In this document: piece after piece, positions 52,832 to 64,000 of the stretch
Numbering within the stretch: position 1 is the stretch's first letter
Layout: each line of letters starts with the position of its first letter
Assembly: GCF_001194135.2 (NCBI RefSeq)
Contig: NC_068987.1
Coordinates: 92,845,604-92,909,603, forward strand
Origin: Octopus bimaculoides
Taxonomy: Eukaryota
Direction: 5' to 3'
DNA: 64,000 bases
Program-made: the position numbers and the translations under genes
Notes under the pieces: generated by a model
The model's database searches: none
Seen by the model: the letters and a program-made list of their open reading frames with translations, nothing else
Told to the model about the DNA's origin: nothing

Positions 52832-53639
52832 NNNNNNNNNNNNNNNNNNNNNNNNNNNNNNNNNNNNNNNNNNNNNNNNNNNNNNNNNNNNNNNNNNNNN
52901 NNNNNNNNNNNNNNNNNNNNNNNNNNNNNNNNNNNNNNNNNNNNNNNNNNNNNNNNNNNATATATATATACTGTATATACATCCAAGCAGAAGAAATATC
53001 AACATATAGAGCACCAGCAGAAACAAAACCAATAATGAAGAGCAGGGAGCAGCAGCAATGCTCAAAAGAAAGAAAATAAAACAGAAAACTAATTCAAGTA
53101 AGTACGGAAGTGTTGTACAAATGTTGGCAAAATACTTCATATATCGGCAGAAGATCGACCAAGTGAAACAATAATGATGGAGCAGATATTTCAATCGTTA
53201 TAGGAATTTTTGTGTGGGCAAAAATCTTAGAGCACAATAATTTGATTACCCACAACATTAATTCGCCTATTCTTATTAGAGTTTCATTTGCTGAAGGATG
53301 GAAAATAGCCAACCAACATAAGCATTGGGTATATTACTCTCTCTATATATATATGTTCTTCATTATTTTCTTTTTTCTACGTCTCCTACCGCATTCACTT
53401 AACTTTCTTAAGAGAATATTATTTATTTATCTAATCTTAAAGTTTATTTATATTAGACATTTTTTTTTAATGTATGCATTGATCTTCCGCCTGAATGATT
53501 TCTTTATGTGAAGTATATTGCAGCTGTACATTTTGTCGCTGTTTTTGCTGATAATGATGTTTCGCAGTCTGAGTTGTTGGTGCTGGCGATAGGCTAGTTG
53601 TTGCCGTTGTTCTTTGCGTTTTTCATGCAGTTTTTATTA

Positions 53640-53923
53640 TTCTTGTGCTTCTCCTTATTCGTCATTTTCGTCGCCTCCTCTGCCATCACTCATCATCATC
53701 ATCATCACCATCATCGTCGCCGTCGTCGTCGTTATCATCATCATTATCATCATCATCATCATCATCATTAATCATTATTATTACTATTCGTGTTGATGTT
53801 TTTATTATTGTTATTGCTGATGTTTTTTGGTATCACCATAATCTTCATCGTCGTCGTTATCATCATCATCATCATCATTATCCTCATCATTATCATCATC
53901 ATCATCATCACCATTGCTGCTAA

Positions 53924-53968
<45 letters not shown>

Positions 53969-54096
53969 GGTGTTGTTGTTGTTGTTGTTATTGTTGCTGT
54001 TGTGCTATTATTAATATTATCGTTGTTGTTGTTGCTGCCGTTGTGTTATTATTATTATTGTTGTTGTTGTTGTTGTTGATGTTGTTATTATTAGTA

Positions 54097-54136
<40 letters not shown>

Positions 54137-54160
54137 CATTATTATTATTATTATTCTTTG
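53640..54160. repeat. Large compound (ATC)n/(ATT)n/(GTT)n trinucleotide array
   Basis: Directly visible; explains the poly-I/L/H/S ORFs. Confidence 0.95.
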
Positions 54161-54629
54161 TTATTGATGTAATGGCTACTGTTTTTAATGTTGGTGATGT
54201 TGTTTATTCTCTTCTTGAGTGTTTCTTCACTAAATTCGAAATTTGTTTAATTGTATGTTTTCTTCTCTGAACAACATTCGTCTCCTTTCATCTCTTGTAA
54301 TATAACTTTTCTTTTTTATCTGTTGATATTGGTTTCCTGTTTTATGATGTATTGATTTGCTTTTACGGTTTCTCTTTGATTTATTTCATTTTAATCATGA
54401 TTTATTTTACTTGATTTTCAATTGAAAAAAAATTCTATGGCGCAGTAAAGACGAGAGGTGTGGTTGTAGTTAATAAGTTAATGTTCTAGAAAAGCAACCC
54501 TCAAAATTATCCACTTTCACATACCCTTTCATATCATTGTCGTCTTCATGATTATAACCATTGATATTATCACCATCACACGCATGAAAAAAGTGTTTAT
54601 CATTTCCACGATCAAAATCAGCAACACCA

Positions 54630-54648
54630 CGTTAATAATAATAATAAC

Positions 54649-54712
<64 letters not shown>

Positions 54713-54716
54713 GTAA

Positions 54717-54785
<69 letters not shown>
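54630..54785. repeat. (AAT)n-(TAG)n compound array
   Basis: Directly visible. Confidence 0.97.
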
Positions 54786-55391
54786 CCTCGTAATCGTCGT
54801 GTCTATCGTCAAAAGTACAGTGTCGTTGTTTTATTGATTCTTATAGTGCTGTTTGTTTAAGATTCATAAAATTTCTTAGCCGAATAAACCAGACCAAACA
54901 TCGAATCTGATTTGTTGCACAAATTATGGGTGTCTTTTCTTTTTTATTTAGCATATTTGGAATATGTAGCAATTGTGAGATAGAACGGTGATCGAAAATC
55001 AGCAGGGAATTTTTTTTCTTTTTTTTAATTCGGTTAAACAGAGTCATAAAATCCCTTTTCTTTCTTGTGACAGAAAATAGGCAAATTTAGAGAGGTTCAA
55101 CGAATATCTTTGCTGTTTCAATGATGGAAAATGAAAATCTTTTTGTGGGAAAAATATATCTAAATAAAATATTTGCATTTCAATTCAAAAATTTGTTGTT
55201 ATTTATGTTAGTTGTGATGGTTTTGCATTTAGATTTGTGTCGAATGCACATCACTTTGTAGGAGATTATCCTACCGTAAGAATAAAATTTGATCAGAGAC
55301 AAACAAAACCCAAAATTATGTCGAATTTGTCGGTTATGTGTGTCTCTACCTATCTATTTATCTACCTATCTATCTATCTATCTATCTATCT

Positions 55392-55445
55392 ATTCGGTCC
55401 GTCAGGGATGCCCCCTCTCGTCGCTTCTGTACGTGTTGACTCTCG
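55392..55445 (+). mobile_element. Short Tx1-type RT fragment abutting an N-gap
   Basis: SVRQGCPLSSLLYVLTL, homologous to 50337-50390. Confidence 0.8.
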
Positions 55446-55829
55446 NNNNNNNNNNNNNNNNNNNNNNNNNNNNNNNNNNNNNNNNNNNNNNNNNNNNNNN
55501 NNNNNNNNNNNNNNNNNNNNNNNNNNNNNNNNNNNNNNNNNNNNNNNNNNNNNNNNNNNNNNNNNNNNNNNNNNNNNNNNNNNNNNNNNNNNNNNNNNNN
55601 NNNNNNNNNNNNNNNNNNNNNNNNNNNNNNNNNNNNNNNNNNNNNNNNNNNNNNNNNNNNNNNNNNNNNNNNNNNNNNNNNNNNNNNNNNNNNNNNNNNN
55701 NNNNNNNNNNNNNNNNNNNNNNNNNNNNNNNNNNNNNNNNNNNNNNNNNNNNNNNNNNNNNNNNNNNNATATATAAATATATATATGTAATAGTGTACAA
55801 ACAAGTTACGTATTTATACACTTAGCAGA

Positions 55830-57130
55830 TGACATTTAACAGGACACCTTACATGCTAGAAAGGGCAGTTAATGCCCAAACAATGAATATGAGAAATTTC
55901 AAAGGGAATGAAAAAAAATATGTTTGTAGTTACATATAAACCAGTCAATTCTACGGTATTCCCAACATACGCAAAATTGAGAAAATAAGTAACGCATGCA
56001 AGACAGCCACAGACATAAAAATGAATATCCCTACTCCTAATAACCTCAAATTGAGACCTATAATTGCAGATCTCGCATGGGACACCCACCGCCTCAGTAA
56101 CGCTTTAGACACCCTTTTAAAAACGTTCCTCAAGCATGTCAAAAAGCTATATAAGGGTCGACCTGGATATGCTCAATCACCTACCTGAAACAATAAACAA
56201 AAACACCCTGTTAGTATCCTTCGATGTAGTCAACTTCTATGTCAATATCCCCCACAACCAAGGAATACAGGCAATTCAATTCTGGCTAGATAATTACGCA
56301 AACGAACTTCTACATCGCATCAAAAAGAATTCGTGATAGAAGGGCTAAAATTCATCTTGGAGAATAATTACTTCGTCTTTAAAGACAACTTCTATCGACA
56401 AAAATCCGGGACTGCGATGGGTACGAGAATGACACCCTTCTTTGCTAACCTAGTCATGGGATATCTAGAAATTAGTCATTATTGTAAGGTTCTAGAAAAC
56501 TACGGCAGCCCATTCTCCCTCTACATAGAAAATAACTGGAAGAGATACCTGGACGTAAACATTCAATTCACGATGGAATATAGCCATCAACAACTTCCCT
56601 TCCTCGACATCCTCATTAAGAAATCTAACAAGGTAATAGAAACAGATATATACTATAAGCCCAAGGACTCCAAGCAATATCTACCGTTCAACTCATGCCA
56701 TCCCAGATACACCAGAATAAATATCCCCTTTAACCTAGGAAAAAGGATATGTACTATAGTTTCTAATGCAAACATCAGAGACACACGACTACATGAACTA
56801 AAGGGTACACTCATCACCAGGAACTACCCACCTTCACTAATTGATATATGCTTTCAACGTGCCCTTCAACTCAACATCCACGAACTCAGACATCCCAAAT
56901 TAAAGAAGGATTTACAACCAAAAGCCCTACCATACATCTCCACACACAACCGTCTTAACAATGAAGCCTTCGACACCATCCTTCCAAACATTCCCCTGGT
57001 TAAGAAGGACCACAGAATGAACTTAATCCTCCAAACATACACCATCATAAAAAGCAAGTGACAACCCAAATCTATGAAAAGTCTCCTTACACAAGCCCGA
57101 ATACGCTCAGCAACAACACAGAAGCCGTCA
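55830..57130 (+). mobile_element. Penelope-like element RT (Neptune-like), 3'-truncated before GIY-YIG, with in-frame deletion through YxDD
   Basis: FYGIP, RPIIA, LVSFDVVNFYVNIP, YRQKSGTAMGTRMTPFFANLVMG, WKRYLD|VNIQFTME, LPFLDI, TDIYYKP, SCHP, NYP; 242-aa ORF 56333-57061. Confidence 0.93.
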
Positions 57131-57183
57131 AACAGAGACAACGTTTCACAGTGAAAGGCAACTTCCCATTTTGTTCTGTCTCT

Positions 57184-57244
<61 letters not shown>

Positions 57245-57269
57245 TCTCTCTATCTCTCTCTCGTGTTGT

Positions 57270-57530
57270 ATGCATAAAATCAACCAGGTTCTTGTTTCCA
57301 TTCCATTCTTTGATTTCTTACGTCCACAAACATTCTTGGCGCCCTTTTGCACTCTTCCTGAGAAAAGATGATCCTCAGCAGTAATTTGCAACTGACAGTA
57401 TATCAAAAATAGCAAAATTTTGTGGACTTCATTCTCGAAAATGTGTGTTTCGGAGATCAGCTTTTGCAAAATGGCCGCATTTGTTACCCTGCTTTTCCAT
57501 TCTGCCAAACATCCGCAATTCAAAGGCTTC
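57270..57530 (-). mobile_element. RTE LINE C-terminal remnant
   Basis: WKSRVTNAAILQKL (W-D-VTN-EVL) and LFSGRVQKG...GRKK..W. Confidence 0.5.
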
Positions 57531-57699
57531 TAACTGTTCCTCTATTGCTCTGAATATTATCCAAGTTTTTTTTATTGAAATAAATATCATTTAAGCTTTA
57601 TTTATTCTTATTCATTTATATTCATACATATGTACGAGGAATATGGTTAAATAAACATGCACACAAATCAAATAGAAATCAAATTCAGGACGATGTTGT

Positions 57700-58330
57700 T
57701 GATAACATTCTTTCTATACCGTCACAACTACCCTTTACATTGAGAACGCTAGCATTTTTAATGGTTTCTAACTTATAGAAGTAATAGATTAGACACTTAC
57801 ATAATCGTACATAATGACCAGAATGACTGATTAGATATCCAGCAGTCGCTTGCCATAGTAAATCACGTGAAATATTCATTATTGATGACAAGTAAGTTCA
57901 CTAATAACGATAATAAATGTTTTGTAAATATGCTCTACTGTTTAAACATTTTCTTTCAAAAGATCCTGCAGTTTAAAATATCGTACATCGGTGAAGTTCA
58001 AAAATGTCGCAGATTTTAAATTTGACAATAGATAAACAATTTTTAGATTTACCTGGGGCAGCTTTAAATGGATCCTCGAAAATCTTGAATTGTTTTCCGG
58101 AAATCTTGATAATTTTAGAATCTTATTGACCGGGTAACTCTTATGTTGGTTGTTCAAATTTTTAATTGCTTGCAAAATCATAAATTTTACACCTTTTGCA
58201 GAACTACAATGCATTGTACTGACGACAAGTATTCTCGGATTTTGGCAGATGAAATAAGAAAACCAATTCGTGTTTACATGCGAAGTAGGGCTACAGAATG
58301 ATTGAGTTATTAAATTCACTTTGCTCTCAT
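57700..58330 (-). mobile_element. Old Penelope-like post-RT region
   Basis: Minus ORF NWFSY...LVVSTM...IKNL..KSYPVNKI...HLKLP follows the W-SF-P / L--N-YP / LKLPY pattern. Confidence 0.4.
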
Positions 58331-59639
58331 GGTTTATTTTGAAATCAAATCTAACAACCCCTTAGCCTCTCATGCCAGAAGCACGGTGAAGACGTCGACA
58401 GCAGTGCAGACGGACGATGGATAAGCAACAAGACTAATGGCTTGAAGGTTATTGCGGCGACGCAGAAGGTCTCTAACATCAGACGACGGTTAGGCGTCGA
58501 CTCAACAACTTCTTTAAAAATAGGTAACAGAAATGTGGATTAGTAGAATTAAAGATTGTCCAGCCTTCCTTAAATAATAAGCTAGGTCGTCAATAGACAT
58601 AACCAGTACATCCCAGAGAAAATTTAGTATGATGATTAGAGTTTTATCCTCAGAAAGCAAGTTAACTTATATGCAAATGGAGAGCTTATGATTCATATGA
58701 CATAACTACAACAAATTACCATTTCATAAACGGCAAATGTTGTTTTCGTTTGACTTTTCCCGTAAATGTTACCAGCCGAGATATGATCTCTCCCGCGTTG
58801 ATCCTATGTAACATTAACAGACTAGCTATTAATGAATGCCGCTAATCACCAAAAGTCAAATTACTTCTTGGTCATGTGATATGAGAAGGAGAAACCTCAA
58901 CGTCTAAAGTAATCAGTGTCATTGATTGACTCGGGTTCGTTCATTACGATTTCCTAATGTGAATGTTTGGCAACGTTAAATTAGATCCTTATCGTGATTT
59001 GCTGAGTTGTGAATAGCGAAAGTCTTAGACGAATAATGTAGGAAATGTTTGTATGGGTTTCAGGAAGACAGGCGTAGTTGATTCAACCAATTTAGAGCGT
59101 AGAATTATAGAGTGATTGAATTGCATTGAATGATTGAATCAGGGAATTAAACGAATGTATTTCAGCTAAAGTAATTTGGGTAGTTTAACCTCCAGAGAAA
59201 ACATACGGTTCCTTCAATTTTAGCATCGGTGATTGCATCGATGTGTCACTGAGACTTAGTGAACTTATTACCAAGTCTGATTTCTTAGTCAGCCTGTGTA
59301 ATTATCATATAAAATGCAGAATTAAGCATCTAGTGCACAAAACACATTACACGTCAGGTTTAGTTGAAGAAAATTCATAAGAAGAAAATAATTCCTCTTA
59401 AACATATGAATATAATTCACGACCGTTCATGCAACTCAAGAGTATAAATCTCTCGAATCTATAACATTTGCTAAAACGACAGTTATAAAAAGTTTACTAA
59501 TAAATGCGTGAGTGTATAAAATCCTAGCTGAGCGAGGAAAATATAAAACGTAGGGATGATGTCTACATAAAACCTTTAAAGTTAACACATGTCCATATCA
59601 ATATCTGATTATAAATGTAACCCATTCTCTATTTGACAG

Positions 59640-61900
59640 AGCTTAGAATCCCACGAACACTACTTTAGTATGCAGGGATCCTACATCATTCCATCATGCA
59701 TCTAAAATTTTCTCCCAACTCGTCGCCACACATTCTAGCACGCAAGAGGTTCGCAAAAATGTCTGTAGACATGGGAAGAAAATATACCATTCTGCTATAC
59801 TGATGCCATTTATATAAAGAAACAGTCTTCATTTAGGTTCTCGTGCAACGCAACCAACTAAACAACCAGTTCCAAGAAGATTGCATTTGTCATCTCAAGG
59901 TATTTCTTCTCAGACGTTCACTTATAACCTGTACGTCCACATCTTCTAACTGCAATTCAGTAAAGAATACTCTTTATATTTGGTCATCTGCTATTATATA
60001 ACTAATTTTTAGAACAGTTATATTAGGGCGAGAAAAATATAAAAAACGTCGAAATGTTTTCAGTTGACATTTAAAGAACACGATTCCCGAACTAATCGAG
60101 GGGGTATTTGCTTACTGAAGTTCCAATTATCAAAAATCTTTGGAAATACACTAGCACTGTACGTAATATTTTAATCTGTGCACCACTAGCAGACATCAGA
60201 AATGTTTAGAAATATGAGGTCCTTACACAAAACAAAACGTCTCACAAATCTGTGAAGGAGAGCTTCTCAGGCGGAAAAAAAAGTGACAGGTTTTGGACAG
60301 ACTGAATATACATAATAGAGATTGTGTGTAGTTTTGAATAAAACCATATTCAATACTCATTCTTAATAAAAACGAAATAAACTATACACAATTTAACAGG
60401 CAACAATTGTTGGCAGCATTCCTCTCTCACAATATATTATTTTGCAATGAGCCTGCTGCGTTCTACTCAATATACATAGAACAGTTTTTCTCTAAAACAT
60501 ACATTTTATATTGAGGTAAAAATTATAAATTGAAAGTTCGATCAGATCCAATCTTCTTCTTCTTCTTCTTCTTCTTCTTCTTCTTCTTCTTCTTCTCCAA
60601 ATATTTTGTAATTAAAATCGTATGTTATCAGCTAATTTATTTGGAAGTGTGATAAACCTCATTATTGTCGGAGAAGACGATTGTATTCGGAAAATCTTCA
60701 CATTGTGCTATCCAACAAGAACTGATACCAGTAATTCCCTTCAGTATCACAGCTTAATCTATGGAGACGGTGAACGACATTGTCAGGGCTTAAAATATTC
60801 AGAATTGAATTGGCGATTGTTAGCTTTTGCGGATATTAAGAGAACGTTCATATATCTTCTTCCGGGACGTTGCGTTTAACACATTTGGTAAGATGGAATG
60901 TTCCTTGGAACCGTTTCTGTCAAACATTCATTATCGAATGTTTTAGCTTAAATCGATGTTAGTACACGAGAGTTGCTTTGATGTTTGTTAATTCAAATAT
61001 CTTATCCTCATCAGAACGGAGAAAGTCGTCGATAAATTAAACATACAAATTTTGTCATTTTTGTGTGTATTCGGATAACTCTTGTTCCTTTGTGGAACGA
61101 AACTCTATATTTTGATATACTGCACAAAAATAATGTTATTCTGTATTCCATTTCATAATTAGGGTGATATTGTATCCCCATGTTTCGAATATATTGGCAG
61201 TATTTTTACAGATTTAGGGCTTTCAAGAACGTCTCCAACCTTTTTTGTGCCACGCCCTATAAGCAATGTTTTTGTTTGAAGGAAAATATCGGTGACATCA
61301 TGGAATATTTAGTATGGCTTAACGAGTAGCGTGGTTTTCGAACCAACGCAGTTGTTGTTCTTTCACGAGGTAAACACATACTATAAGAACGAGGATATGG
61401 AGTAAGAGCTACACACTTGAAGTGTAACATAATATGTTTTTGTGCCGAAATATATTAAGTATTAAAAAGTAGTAGTTATGGATTTAGGTATGGATTTTGA
61501 AAAAAAATTATTTAGTGTATTTCGCAGAAACTTCATCGAATTGGATAAGAGCTGATGACTTTCTTTCCATATATTTATTCAGCGGATAATATGCCTCAGT
61601 GAATTTTTATGTCTCCTATGTGGCCAATGAGAACAGAAAACTTAATAGACATTTGGCAAATGTATAAATCTTACTTAGTGACAAGAATAAGTTTTAATGC
61701 ACGAAGTACAATGAATCTCTCGGCGGTATCTAAGCGGATTTTGGGCCGTGTCTTTATTGAAGACTTAAATAACATTGTTGCCTGTGCATTTGCCCAATAT
61801 ACTTGTAATCTTGACATTTGAAGCGAATTAATGAGATGTGTGTCTAGGTCAGGTTGACGAAAACATACAGCAGAACATATGGAGAGCAAAGAAACCACAG
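59640..61900 (-). mobile_element. Possible long, very old RTE element (EN to RT)
   Basis: In minus order: ERFIVLR (near 61700), HIGD (near 61600), NY(R)GIS(L)L..KIFRI (near 60720), MHDGM (near 59700); each weak alone. Confidence 0.3.
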
Positions 61901-63279
61901 CAAAAGCAAATATAAATAACGAATAACAATGAGGAATATATCAGTTCTTTTAATATTGTTTCCTGATAAATCAATATTTCCTATTGCTGTTGATTCTGAT
62001 ATTTATTTATTTATTTTAGCAACACTGTGTGATATTCTTTTAAGTGAAATATCGTTTTACAATATTGACTGTGATTTTTCAAAGAGACAGACTCTAAACT
62101 TTATGACCTCATAAATTGATAAACAATAATCCGTTCTTTTTTTTTCTTTGTTTCCTCATGAAATGTAAACATAAAATAAATGTTAAAAAAAATCCCACAC
62201 AATATTTCCACAAAGCATCACCACTAATCTTTTTACTTGTACTGCTCTCAAAACTATTGTTACTGCTGTTGTCGTTGTTCCAAGTACGCATAATAATGAT
62301 TTTTAGATTTTGTGCATATTGTCACAATATGTAGGGGAGGAAAGATTCGATTATATTGATATAATTCTACAATGGTAAAATTTGTATCGACATCATAATT
62401 TTCAATGCCAATGTTGACTTCATATAGATTTAAAATTAGGTAGATGCACAAAATTTCTCTCTATGTGGCTACAAAATAACAACGGCATAAATAGTGAATA
62501 CATAGAATCTGCCAGTGAAAACTGCTCAGCGTAATAAGTAAATAAGAATAATGTCAAAATACAAACATGTAATTAAGTAAAGCAACTCTTCAGAAATAGA
62601 CAAAGCCAAAGCAATAGAACATTTTGAATAAACGTCATGATAATGGGGGGAAAAAATCAAAGCAGATTTCTTAAATAAAATTTAAATTTGATGTTGAAAC
62701 TAATACGCACTGTCGTAATTATTATACACGGAGTAAACGTGACAGCATAAAATCTGACATCAGCTAAAATGTTACGGTCAAAATATTTTAATCAGTGTTG
62801 GAAGATAGGTCCTCCGTGATATATTTCAAAACCTTGATGCCAAAAATACAGAATATTTCTTACAAATTAGCAACAAATCCGGGGTAAAACAATGATCTCA
62901 CTACAGTAATCAGAACAACGATGAACGAATTTCAGCTTCTTTCAATCAGAAAAAGATGTCGAGATCGTGTGAAGTAAAATGAAGTTGCATAAATGAATTA
63001 ATATGAAATATGTAACCCCGGAGAGGAATATTGAAGAAGAGAGCTCGCTTTAATGCAAATTTTAATTCAGTTGGTGCCTTTGACAAACAAACTGAAAAAA
63101 AAGTAAAAATCCTCATGAACTGGCTAAATGCAGAAAATAAATAAATTCTCTACTATTCATGAATGGCATCAAATTTCAATGAAACATATTTTAATTCTGT
63201 AATCCAAACAATAAGAATGACCGTCACATTAATATGCGTTTTGTGTTGAGAAAGCATATAATAATAATAATTATTTATT

Positions 63280-63360
63280 TATTGCCCACGGGGGGCTAAA
63301 CATTGAGGGGACAAACAAGGGATTAAGTCGATTACATCGACCCGAGTGATTAACTAGTAC
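63280..63360 (-). mobile_element. SINE 3' fragment (family A-related)
   Basis: 'ggattaagtcgattacatcgacccgagtg...actagtac' shared with family A copies. Confidence 0.7.
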
Positions 63361-63391
63361 ATATTTATGTGTGTGTGTGTGTGTATGTGTG

Positions 63392-63431
<40 letters not shown>

Positions 63432-64000
63432 NNNNNNNNNNNNNNNNNNNNNNNNNNNNNNNNNNNNNNNNNNNNNNNNNNNNNNNNNNNNNNNNNNNNN
63501 NNNNNNNNNNNNNNNNNNNNNNNNNNNNNNNNNNNNNNNNNNNNNNNNNNNNNNNNNNNNNNNNNNNNNNNNNNNNNNNNNNNNNNNNNNNNNNNNNNNN
63601 NNNNNNNNNNNNNNNNNNNNNNNNNNNNNNNNNNNNNNNNNNNNNNNNNNNNNNNNNNNNNNNNNNNNNNNNNNNNNNNNNNNNNNNNNNNNNNNNNNNN
63701 NNNNNNNNNNNNNNNNNNNNNNNNNNNNNNNNNNNNNNNNNNNNNNNNNNNNNNNNNCGTGCATTGACATTTTCATTCAAAATCTGCATGTGAAACTTCG
63801 CTTTAAATAATCTGCTGTTGAAATATTTCGTTATATATATCACCTAGGAATGAGTCTCGAATTATCCGATTGCACTTCCCTGTAGTACATATGAACGAAT
63901 GAATCACATGGACCTTAGTATTGGGATTAACTCGCCGTCGACGAAGGCCCACCTACTATCTGAACTCACTGGCTGGTTGGATGGATACGTTATTCAGTTT

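Noticed and set aside
53614-54812. Poly-Leu/Ile/His/Ser/Val ORFs, and CVCV/YIYI/THTH ORFs elsewhere
   Set aside because: Translations of microsatellites.
58201-58283. Plus-strand exon after the strong acceptor ccttttgcag
   Set aside because: Better explained as antisense to a Penelope-like remnant.

Overview
AT-rich, gappy (14 N-runs) animal genomic scaffold with no securely identifiable host gene. The SINE families, microsatellite load and LINE mix match what I recall of Octopus (coleoid cephalopod) genomes; this is inference, not a search result. Identifiable content is decayed mobile DNA: two mariners (one full-length pseudogenised, one in-frame internal-deletion derivative), R4/Dong-type RLE LINEs, several RTE remnants, Tx1/L1-type remnants, a HERO-like remnant, Penelope-like elements, at least two tRNA-derived SINE families and a hAT-type MITE nested in a SINE. 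Nearly all listed ORFs are artefacts of N-gaps or simple repeats. The best second-look items are degenerate Penelope-type hammerhead ribozyme motifs (39882-39930 and an inverted pair at 11875-12185), a bulge-free 48-bp G:U-biased hairpin (16504-16608), the catalytic-domain-less mariner ORF, and a few weak candidate exons. I found no convincing novel multi-gene system. TE assignments come from manual translation and remembered family motifs, and boundaries of old remnants are approximate.
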